A DNA stretch of 43,701 nucleotides from Betaproteobacteria bacterium (lineage in GTDB: Bacteria > Nitrospirota > UBA9217): contig JBLMWN010000067.1 in the NCBI GenBank assembly GCA_050257255.1, positions 1-43,701 on the forward strand, written 5' to 3'. Positions within the stretch are counted from its first letter, which is position 1, and each line of letters begins with the position of its first letter. The position numbers and the translations under genes were made by a program. Positions 34,757-42,364 of the stretch are shown here, one piece after another. The notes under the pieces were generated by a model. The model did not search any database, was not told the DNA's origin, and saw only the letters and a list, made by a program, of their open reading frames with translations.

Positions 34757-34818
34757 CCCCCATCGAATAAGATATTAAAACCTGGGTCTTTGATAGTACC
34801 ATATCTCATGATGATCTC

Positions 34819-34856
34819 AAAAAACAAAAAGGGCAAGGCTCTGCCGCCTTACCCTT
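34819..34856 (-). terminator. Rho-independent terminator of the 62-aa XRE gene
   Basis: The minus-strand RNA reads AAGGGUAAGGC-ggcaga-GCCUUGCCCUU (11 bp including one G-U) followed by UUUGUUUUUUG. Confidence 0.75.
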
Positions 34857-34909
34857 CGCTTGGAATACCGCTGAACAGCTGAAAAATGTGCTTAAAAAAT
34901 AATCAGGTA

Positions 34910-35098
34910 TTACTGGACGATTCTTTCCATCTCAACGCCCAGGTAATCTGCCAGAACTTTTACAGTCCGTGGCTTCATGGTCACTCCCTTGAGCGTCCTT
35001 GAGACAGTCACTTTATGCATTCCCAGCCTGTCCGCAATCTCAGTATAGCTCAAACCCTTTTCCAGACGCTTTCTTTCGAGAATTTCAATCTTATACAT
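34910..35098 (-). CDS. XRE-family helix-turn-helix transcriptional regulator (62 aa)
   Basis: LSYTEIADRLGMHKVTVSRTLKG. GGAGG RBS. Confidence 0.8.
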   Translation of the reverse strand: MYKIEILERKRLEKGLSYTEIADRLGMHKVTVSRTLKGVTMKPRTVKVLADYLGVEMERIVQ

Positions 35099-35170
35099 GG
35101 TGTTCCTCCACTCATAAGATTTTGCACATATGCTGTCTCAGACCGTAGATGGACATTTTCTAAAATTATG

Positions 35171-35198
35171 GTTATAACTATAGCACAGATATTTGCAA
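35171..35198 (-). promoter_or_regulatory. Candidate promoter of the 62-aa XRE gene (TTGCAA-N16-TATAAC)
   Basis: The -35 is at 35193-98 (a palindromic TTGCAA). The -10 is the reverse complement of 35171-76. Confidence 0.4.
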
Positions 35199-35236
35199 TC
35201 TGCAACATAGAAAAAAATATTTTTTGCAACTTGTTG

Positions 35237-35265
35237 TTGACATTATGGTAAAAGCAGGTTATATA
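35237..35265 (+). promoter_or_regulatory. Near-consensus sigma70 promoter TTGACA-N17-TATATA driving an apparently leaderless XRE mRNA
   Basis: TTGACA at 35237-42 and TATATA at 35260-65. ATG 35273 begins 8 nt after the -10, and no SD is present. Confidence 0.6.
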
Positions 35266-35272
35266 GTCCGAC

Positions 35273-35521
35273 ATGACTTTAGCGGAAAAACTCAGAAAAT
35301 TGCGGATCAGGAATAAACTTTCGATGAGTCAGGTTGCGCGCATCTCTGAATTGGCCCCTGACAGTCGTGGACGGATCACACAAGGTTATATTTCCCGCCT
35401 CGAATCAGGCAAAGAGACCAACCCAAGCCTCATGAAGATCATTACGCTCTGCAGCATTTATGAAATCGAACCCAATGAGCTCTTCACAAAAAGCATGAGG
35501 AAAAAATCGAATAAAAGATGA
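35273..35521 (+). CDS. XRE-family helix-turn-helix transcriptional regulator (82 aa)
   Basis: LSMSQVARISEL....GYISRLESGKETNPSL..I..LC..YEIEPNELF. Confidence 0.8.
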   Translation: MTLAEKLRKLRIRNKLSMSQVARISELAPDSRGRITQGYISRLESGKETNPSLMKIITLCSIYEIEPNELFTKSMRKKSNKR

Positions 35522-35522
35522 G

Positions 35523-35543
35523 GTCCCTGAAAAAGCGAGGGAC
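35523..35543. terminator. Hairpin exactly between two convergent stop codons
   Basis: gtccct-(9 nt)-agggac fills the 23-nt gap between the stops at 35519-21 (plus strand) and 35545-47 (minus strand). Confidence 0.35.
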
Positions 35544-35544
35544 G

Positions 35545-36384
35545 TCAGCGGGCCGGGGTCCAACGATGCGGGACGTGGCATGTCTTGCAGTGCTTGGATG
35601 AGTTGTGAACCGGTTTGATCGCCAACACCTCACGAGTATGGCAACGGAGACAATCCTCGTCGGTCGGCTTGATCCGTGCATGGGGCATGTGGCATTCATA
35701 GCAGTTCAGGCGCGCCATTGGCACCTTGTCCGGAAATGATGTCTTTGATGACTTCCGATGGCATGAGAGACACCGCTCCCGGTCCGGGATAAAAGGTTCT
35801 GGTTTTTTTGGTGAGAAGGTATGGCATCGGAGACAGGATATATCCTCCATGCCGACTCCATGGATTTTCCAGTCCTTGTGGCAGCGCAGGCAGGCATCCT
35901 TGTCGGGCTTGAAGGAGTGCACGGTCCTGCTGTGGCAGTCTTTGCAGGAGAGCTTTTCCATGAACACATGTCGAGCATGGCCCGTTGATTTGTTCACTGT
36001 GAGAGAGCCCTGTGCTGCATCGTCCCAATGGCATTTCGTGCATGTCTTCCACGGCGTTTCATTCCCATGCGGTTCAGGCGTCTTGCGGTTGGTCGTGAAT
36101 ACAAATTTCACGAGCAGCCGGTTCTGCTCGATCAGGCCGAGCTGATGGCAATCCTGGCACACCATGTTCCGGTGGCCGGAAAGTTTCCACGCCTTATAGG
36201 CGTCCTCCATCAAGTGGCAGCTGTTGCAGAACTCGGGGTTTTTCTGGATATAGCTGTAATAACGGACTGCGAGGACGATTCCCAGGACGGAGATTACGAG
36301 CATGAGAGACACGATGATGGTCTTGTCTCTTGGGCTTAAGCCCCGCTCAAGCTTGTCAAATATTTTGGAAATGAATTTGTACAT
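35545..36384 (-). CDS. Membrane-anchored decahaem c-type cytochrome (NapC/NirT-like N-terminal module)
   Basis: One N-terminal TM helix and ten CxxCH motifs: CNSCH, CQDCH, CTKCH, CKDCH, CLRCH x3, CLSCH, CYECH, CKTCH. All in 279 aa. Confidence 0.9.
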   Translation of the reverse strand: MYKFISKIFDKLERGLSPRDKTIIVSLMLVISVLGIVLAVRYYSYIQKNPEFCNSCHLMEDAYKAWKLSGHRNMVCQDCHQLGLIEQNRLLVKFVFTTNRKTPEPHGNETPWKTCTKCHWDDAAQGSLTVNKSTGHARHVFMEKLSCKDCHSRTVHSFKPDKDACLRCHKDWKIHGVGMEDISCLRCHTFSPKKPEPFIPDRERCLSCHRKSSKTSFPDKVPMARLNCYECHMPHARIKPTDEDCLRCHTREVLAIKPVHNSSKHCKTCHVPHRWTPAR

Positions 36385-36467
36385 AGCGAAAATCAGGAGC
36401 CAGAAACCAGAAGTCAGTACCCAGAAAAAAATCGCCGATAGAAAGGATATCGCCTCCGGACTCCTGA

Positions 36468-37481
36468 CTATCTTATCAGCAGCTCCGCGATCTGTACCGC
36501 ATTCAATGCAGCGCCTTTCCGCAGGTTATCTGATACGATCCACATATTAATTCCATTCGGAATGGATTCGTCCTCGCGAATCCTGCCTACATAGGTCTCG
36601 TCCTTTCCGGCAACGTCGATTGCCAGAGGATAGAGGTTCTTCTTGGGGTCGTCGTAGACGATGACCCCGGGCGCTGTCGAAAGGATCGCCCGCACCTCGT
36701 TGGCTGAAATTTTTTTCTCGGTCTCGATGTTCACGGACTCCGAGTGACACCGGAACACGGGAACGCGCACCGTCGTGGCCGTAACGCGGATTGAATCGTC
36801 TTCCATGATCTTCTTCGTCTCGTTCACCATCTTCATCTCTTCCTTGGTGTAGCCGTTATCGAGGAAAGAATCGATATGCGGCAGACAGTTGAACGCGATC
36901 TGGTGCGGATAGACGCTCGTCTCGACGTCCCTGAAATTCAGAAGCGCAACAGTCTGCTGCGCCAGCTCATCCATCGCCTTCTTGCCCGTACCGGACACGG
37001 ACTGGAACGTCGTGACTACAATGCGCTTGATCCTTGCCGTATCATGAATCGGCTTCAAGGCCACGACCATGCCGATGGTAGAGCAATTGGGGTTGGCAAT
37101 GATGCCGTTGTGTTTGGCAATGGCATGAGCGTTCACTTCGGGTACGACGAGCGGTATCTTCGGGTCCATGCGGAAGGCGCTGGAATTATCGACAACCACG
37201 GCCCCGGACGCAACCGCCGCGGGAGCGAATTCGAGACTGCGCTCCGCACCGGCTGAAAAGAGCGCAATGTCCACTTTTTTGAACGAATCCTTGGTCAACC
37301 TTCGGACGGTTACGTTCTTGCCGCGAAACTCTACCCGTTCTCCCTCGGAGCGCTCGGATGCGAGCGGGACCAGCTCTGCCACAGGAAAGTTTCGCTCTTC
37401 GAGGATCTCGACCATTTCCCTGCCTACGGCGCCAGTGGCCCCTGCTACAGCAACAACATAGTTATTCTTTTTCTTCAGCAT
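36468..37481 (-). CDS. asd: Aspartate-semialdehyde dehydrogenase, short (Bacillus-type) class
   Basis: VAGATGAVGREM, IIANPNCSTIGMV, NGYTKEEMKMVNETKKI, RVPVFRCHSESV, SDNLRKGAALNAVQIAE. Confidence 0.92.
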   Translation of the reverse strand: MLKKKNNYVVAVAGATGAVGREMVEILEERNFPVAELVPLASERSEGERVEFRGKNVTVRRLTKDSFKKVDIALFSAGAERSLEFAPAAVASGAVVVDNSSAFRMDPKIPLVVPEVNAHAIAKHNGIIANPNCSTIGMVVALKPIHDTARIKRIVVTTFQSVSGTGKKAMDELAQQTVALLNFRDVETSVYPHQIAFNCLPHIDSFLDNGYTKEEMKMVNETKKIMEDDSIRVTATTVRVPVFRCHSESVNIETEKKISANEVRAILSTAPGVIVYDDPKKNLYPLAIDVAGKDETYVGRIREDESIPNGINMWIVSDNLRKGAALNAVQIAELLIR

Positions 37482-37502
37482 GAGAACCTAATGAAACAAA
37501 TT

Positions 37503-37568
37503 ACCGCAAAGGCACTAAGGACGCAAGGAAAACAATATCCTTGTTTAAATCTTACAAGCCTTCGCGGT
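37503..37568 (-). terminator. Branched hairpin plus U-rich tract between the two asd genes (terminator or attenuator candidate)
   Basis: The minus-strand RNA forms an 11-bp outer stem (accgcgaaggc / gccuuugcggu with one G-U) and an inner hairpin caagga/uccuug, followed by AAUUUGUUUC. Confidence 0.4.
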
Positions 37569-37589
37569 TCAAATATTTTGATGTAAGCT

Positions 37590-38705
37590 TTATTTCTCCG
37601 CCAATATCCTGAGCATTCTACGAAGCGGCTCAGCCGCGCCCCACAGAAGCTGGTCTCCGCAGGTGAATGCGTTCAGGAACGTGGGCCCCATGTTCATTTT
37701 CCGGAGACGTCCAACAGGCACGGTCAGCGTTCCGGTAATTGCCGCGGGAGTGAGTTCCTTCATCGTAATTTCACGCTGGTTGGGAACTACCTTCACCCAT
37801 TTATTGTGCTTAGCGATCATATCGCTAATCTCGTTGAGCGGCACGTCCTTCGTCATCTTTATCGTGAGCGCCTGGCTGTGGCAGCGCATGGCTCCGATGC
37901 GCACGCAGGTGCCGTCGATCGGGATCGGCCTGTCCCCGCGGCCCAAGATCTTGTTCGTCTCGGCCTGTCCCTTCCACTCTTCGCGGCTCTGGCCGTTGTC
38001 GAGCTGTTTATCGATCCAGGGGATGAGCGAGCAGGCAAGCGGCGCGCCGAAGAACTCCTTGGGATAGGCATCGGAGCGAACATGATCGGCGACTTTCTTA
38101 TCGATATCGAGAATCGCACCAGCCGGATCGTCCAGGAGGTTCTTGACCGAACCATGTGCAGAACCCATTTGTTTGAGCAGCTCGCGCATGTTGTTCGCCC
38201 CCGCGCCCGAAGCAGCCTGGTAAGTCATCGCGCTCATCCATTCCACGAGATCGCGCTCGTAAAGGCCGCCAAGCGCCATGAGCATCAAGGAGACGGTGCA
38301 GTTGCCGCCGATGTAGTTCTTGACTCCTTTTGCAAGGCCGTCCTTGATCACCTTCATGTTCACGGGATCGAGGATGATGATGGAATCGTCTGTCATACGG
38401 AGCGTCGAGGCCGCATCGATCCAATAACCTTTCCAACCGGCTTGGCGCAGCTTGGGGTACACCTCGGTCGTATACTCCCCGCCCTGGCAGGATATGATGG
38501 TGTCCAGCTTTTTAAGCTCGTCGATGCTCCTCGCGTCCTTAAGCGCAGGCACGTCCTTGCCAATATTCGGCCCCTTGCCGCCCACGTTCGACGTGGTGAA
38601 GAACGCCGGCTCAAGGGGAAGACTAAAATCTTTTTCTTCTTTCATACGACCCATGAGCACCGAGCCCACCATGCCGCGCCAACCTATGAAACCGACTTTC
38701 ATCAT
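37590..38705 (-). CDS. asd: Aspartate-semialdehyde dehydrogenase, long (E. coli-type) class
   Basis: [51 protein letters not shown]. Confidence 0.95.
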   Translation of the reverse strand: MMKVGFIGWRGMVGSVLMGRMKEEKDFSLPLEPAFFTTSNVGGKGPNIGKDVPALKDARSIDELKKLDTIISCQGGEYTTEVYPKLRQAGWKGYWIDAASTLRMTDDSIIILDPVNMKVIKDGLAKGVKNYIGGNCTVSLMLMALGGLYERDLVEWMSAMTYQAASGAGANNMRELLKQMGSAHGSVKNLLDDPAGAILDIDKKVADHVRSDAYPKEFFGAPLACSLIPWIDKQLDNGQSREEWKGQAETNKILGRGDRPIPIDGTCVRIGAMRCHSQALTIKMTKDVPLNEISDMIAKHNKWVKVVPNQREITMKELTPAAITGTLTVPVGRLRKMNMGPTFLNAFTCGDQLLWGAAEPLRRMLRILAEK

Positions 38706-38761
38706 TATCGTGCTCCTGCTTTTTGATTGAATTCAACGCGAACTACAAACGTTGAATTGCT

Positions 38762-39838
38762 TTAAACCATCCCCGCCACCATGTCCCCCACTTCAGTCGT
38801 GGACATGCCCATCTTTCCGGCGGCCTGGCTCTTCATCTTCTTCATGGTGGCGATCATGGCATTCTCGATCGCCTGCGCCGGCTTTGATTCCCCGAGGAAA
38901 TCGAGCATCATCATGGCCGCGCCGATGGCTGCCATGGGGTTGATCGCATTCTGACCGGCATACTTGGGCGCGCTGCCGCCCATGGGCTCGAACATGGAAA
39001 CGCCTTCGGGATTGATGTTCCCGCCCGAAGCCACACCGAGCCCGCCCTGGATCATGGCGCCCAGATCCGTGATGATGTCGCCAAACAGGTTTTCCGTGAC
39101 CGCCACGTCGAACCATTCGGGATTCTTCACGAACCACATGTTCGCTGCATCAATGTGGTTATAGTCGCGCTTGAGCTCGGGATACTGCTTCGCGCCCATT
39201 TCCTCGAAAGCCCGATACCAAAGGTCCCCGCAGTGAGTCAGTACGTTTCGCTTGTGAATGAGCGTGATGGGCTTCTCTGCGTACTTTTTGTCCTTTGCAT
39301 TCCGCTTTTTCTTAAGCTCGAAGGCATACTTGATGCACCGGTCCACGGTGCGGCGGTCATAAATCATCAATTGCGTAGCGATCTCTTCTGTCGTTCCCAC
39401 GCGCGTGGCCCCACCGTGGCCCGTGTAGATGCCGCCCGTGTTCTCGCGGACGACGATAAAATCGATATGCTCCGGCCCCTTGTCCTTAAGCGGCGTTTCC
39501 ACGTTGGGATAAAGCTTCACCGGCCGAAGATTAATATACTGGTCGAGGGCAAAGCGTATCTTGAGCAGGATTCCCGCCTCGAGAATCCCCGGTTTCACGT
39601 CAGGATGCCCGATTGCGCCGAGAAACAGGGAGTCGAACTTTTTGAGCTCTCCGATCGCGCTGTCGGGGAGCGTCTCGCCGGTCTTTAAATAGCGTGCGGC
39701 CCCGAAGTCGAACTCAGCGAGATTAAGCTTGAACCCGCCTTTTACAGCGGCCGCTTTGAGAACCTTCATGGCCTCCCGCACCACTTCCGGTCCCGTTCCG
39801 TCACCGGGAATCGTTGCGATCTTGTAGGTCTTTGCCAT
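38762..39838 (-). CDS. leuB: 3-isopropylmalate dehydrogenase (isocitrate/isopropylmalate dehydrogenase family)
   Basis: [34 protein letters not shown]...GG.G.A. The leu-gene context supports the call. ATG 39838 lies after GGAGGAG. Confidence 0.88.
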   Translation of the reverse strand: MAKTYKIATIPGDGTGPEVVREAMKVLKAAAVKGGFKLNLAEFDFGAARYLKTGETLPDSAIGELKKFDSLFLGAIGHPDVKPGILEAGILLKIRFALDQYINLRPVKLYPNVETPLKDKGPEHIDFIVVRENTGGIYTGHGGATRVGTTEEIATQLMIYDRRTVDRCIKYAFELKKKRNAKDKKYAEKPITLIHKRNVLTHCGDLWYRAFEEMGAKQYPELKRDYNHIDAANMWFVKNPEWFDVAVTENLFGDIITDLGAMIQGGLGVASGGNINPEGVSMFEPMGGSAPKYAGQNAINPMAAIGAAMMMLDFLGESKPAQAIENAMIATMKKMKSQAAGKMGMSTTEVGDMVAGMV

Positions 39839-39881
39839 GGATGAAGACTCCTCCACTCTCAAATCAAGCGTTCATACATCG

Positions 39882-40088
39882 TCAAGATATTGTCAAACCG
39901 AGTTTTTTTATGAGCCCGATGACTTGCTTCTCGTCGATCTCGTCTGGATGATAATCTACATTGACGGTCCCCTTCGCGTAACTGGCTTCCGCGCCGATGA
40001 TCCCATCCATGTTTTTCAAGGCCGACTCTACATCAACAGCACATCCGGAGCACGTAATCCCGTCTACTTTAAGATTCATCCGTTTCAA
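39882..40088 (-). CDS. Heavy-metal-associated (HMA) domain metallochaperone (CopZ-like)
   Basis: LKVDGITCSGCAVDVESAL. TTG 40088 lies 6 nt after GAGGAG; ATG 40079 is an alternative start. Confidence 0.85.
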   Translation of the reverse strand: MKRMNLKVDGITCSGCAVDVESALKNMDGIIGAEASYAKGTVNVDYHPDEIDEKQVIGLIKKLGLTIS

Positions 40089-40309
40089 AGCGATCTCCTC
40101 GCGCTGCAGTTGCTCGTCCGCATCTCAATGCATTTGTCGTCGCCAGGGAGAAAATCTAAGCCGCAAGAGTGATGCGCAGGTCCGTCAGATGAGGAAAAGG
40201 ATGAGTCAAGGTTCCGGCTGTAATACACGCACAGCGCGCAATATGAAGCGGGTTGATGCTGCTGTTTGTTCGGTTGGAGCGCTTTCATCAGCTTGAAGCA
40301 CGCTGTCAA

Positions 40310-40807
40310 TTACAGGCCCGCCTTCTTCTTCGTGTACGCCATCAGTCCGCCGGCTGTGATGAGTTCCTGCATGAAGGCCGGCACCGGCGCGACTTTGAAC
40401 GTCTTATTCGTGGTGAGATTACGGATCGCTCCAGCGTCGGCGTCAACTTCGATCTGGTCGCCCTCTTGGGTCCCGTCGACCGCCTCAGGGCACTCGAAGA
40501 TCGGAAGCCCCGTGTTGAAGCAGTTCCGGTAGAAAATCCGCGCGAAGCTCTTGGCAACGACGCAGGAGACTCCCGCGGTTTTGATCGCGATGGGCGCGTG
40601 TTCGCGCGACGAGCCGCACCCGAAGTTCTTCCCGGCAACGATGATGTCGCCGGGCTTCATCTTCTTTATGAACTCGGGATTCGTCGAGTCCTCCATGCAG
40701 TGTTTCGCCAGCTCGTTCGGGTCGGACGTGTTCAGGTACCGTGCCGGGATGATCGCATCCGTGTCGACATCTGCCCCGAATTTCCATGCCTTGCCGCTGA
40801 ATTTCAT
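40310..40807 (-). CDS. leuD: 3-isopropylmalate dehydratase small subunit
   Basis: GADVDTDAIIPARYL...GKNFGCGSSREHAP. Confidence 0.95.
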   Translation of the reverse strand: MKFSGKAWKFGADVDTDAIIPARYLNTSDPNELAKHCMEDSTNPEFIKKMKPGDIIVAGKNFGCGSSREHAPIAIKTAGVSCVVAKSFARIFYRNCFNTGLPIFECPEAVDGTQEGDQIEVDADAGAIRNLTTNKTFKVAPVPAFMQELITAGGLMAYTKKKAGL

Positions 40808-40942
40808 TTTAAAACTCCAAATCTGGGACGGGATAACGGGATCTACAGGATTGACGGGATTGGAAGATTTACAATCAGAATTGATCCTGTAATCCTGCCC
40901 AAAAAATATTTTGTCTTTCTCCGAGTCTTTTGGTGAACGGTA

Positions 40943-42202
40943 CTACTTCAGTTCTTCCGGCCTTCCGATCCTGCCGAGTACCGCCGATGCAGCCGCAATC
41001 GCGGGGCTGGCAAGATACACTTCGCTCTTGGGGTGACCCATCCGGCCGACGAAGTTCCGGTTCGTCGTACTGATGGCGCGCTCGCCGGATGCCAGGACGC
41101 CCATATGGCCGCCAAGACAGGGTCCGCAGGTCGGCGTGCTGACGGCGGCGCCCGCATCAATGAATACGTCCACGAGGCCTTCTTTAATGGATTGCTTGTA
41201 CACGGCTTGCGTGGCCGGGATAACGATCATGCGGACATAGGGATGGACCTTGTGCCCTTTGATCACCCTGGCCGCCTCGCGGATGTCCTCGATCCTTCCG
41301 TTCGTGCATGAACCAACCACGGACTGGTCTATGTTGACCGCTGCAAGATGACTCACCGGCTTTACGTTCTCCGGGAGATTCGGGCAGGCAACCTGCGGCT
41401 CCATGCCGGTGAGATCATACTCGCGGATATCTGCATAATTCGCCTTCTTGTCGCTCTTAAAGAACCGGTACTTGCGGCGCGCGCGCTTTGCCGCATATTT
41501 CTCAGTGATCTCATCGGGCTCGATGATGCCGTTTTTTCCCCCCGCCTCGATCGCCATATTGCAGATGGTCAGTCTTCCGGACATGGGGAGTTTGCGGATT
41601 ACCTCTCCGGTAAATTCCATGGCCCGGTAAAGCGCTCCATCCACGCCGATATCGCCGATGGTGCGGAGGATGATGTCCTTGCCCCCGATCCATTTGCCAA
41701 GTTTGCCCTTGTAGATGAATTTCATGCTCTCGGGCACCTTGAACCAAGCCTCGCCCGTGATCATGGCCGCTGCCACGTCGGTGCTTCCCACTCCGGTCGA
41801 GAAGGCGCCCAGTCCACCGTAGGTACAGGTGTGGCTGTCAGCGCCGATTATCGCATCGCCGGGGACAACGAGGCCCTGCTCGGGCAGGAGTGCGTGCTCC
41901 ACGCCCATTTTTCCGACTTCGAAATAGAGCGAAAGCCGATGTTCACGCGAAAACTGGCGGAGCAGGTTGCATTGCTCGGCGGAAGCGATATCTTTGTTTG
42001 GTGCGAAGTGATCGGGGATGAGCGCGATCCGTTCGGCATTAAACACCTTTTTCGCGCCTGCGGCACGGAACTCCTTAATTGCGATAGGCGCCGTGATGTC
42101 GTTCGCGAGCACGAGATCAAGCTTGGCGTTGATCAATTCGCCGGGCTTGACTTCCTTTTTGCCGCAGTGAGCGGCCAGTATCTTTTCCGTAATCGTCATC
42201 AT
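40943..42202 (-). CDS. leuC: 3-isopropylmalate dehydratase large subunit
   Basis: [26 protein letters not shown], and Fe-S ligand regions GSCTNGR and TCGPCLG. Confidence 0.95.
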   Translation of the reverse strand: MMTITEKILAAHCGKKEVKPGELINAKLDLVLANDITAPIAIKEFRAAGAKKVFNAERIALIPDHFAPNKDIASAEQCNLLRQFSREHRLSLYFEVGKMGVEHALLPEQGLVVPGDAIIGADSHTCTYGGLGAFSTGVGSTDVAAAMITGEAWFKVPESMKFIYKGKLGKWIGGKDIILRTIGDIGVDGALYRAMEFTGEVIRKLPMSGRLTICNMAIEAGGKNGIIEPDEITEKYAAKRARRKYRFFKSDKKANYADIREYDLTGMEPQVACPNLPENVKPVSHLAAVNIDQSVVGSCTNGRIEDIREAARVIKGHKVHPYVRMIVIPATQAVYKQSIKEGLVDVFIDAGAAVSTPTCGPCLGGHMGVLASGERAISTTNRNFVGRMGHPKSEVYLASPAIAAASAVLGRIGRPEELK

Positions 42203-42364
42203 AGTCCGAAAAATATACAATATCCCTGTATTAGTTTCAACTGTTTTTTCCGAAGCAAAACCGGATCATATCACCACGGAAGCACGAGACAGAGGGAAAA
42301 TGCCGTGATCGTAACAGCCGTCTTAATCGGTTCAACACGGATTTCAGCGCGCAATCCGCATTCG

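Noticed and set aside
34910-35521. The divergent XRE pair as a prophage immunity region.
   Set aside because: No integrase, excisionase, replication, structural or lysis genes, and no att-like repeats, occur anywhere in the window. The flanks are housekeeping genes (suhB, asd).
37806-38726. A 306-aa plus-strand ORF.
   Set aside because: It lies entirely antisense to the E. coli-type asd gene, whose identity is unambiguous. No motifs are recognisable.
40085-40309. A TTG-initiated 74-codon Cys/His-rich ORF that exactly fills the leuD-HMA spacer.
   Set aside because: It has no RBS and no recognisable family, and a TTG start abutting a stop could be coincidental. It is kept as a question inside the HMA finding rather than called as a CDS.
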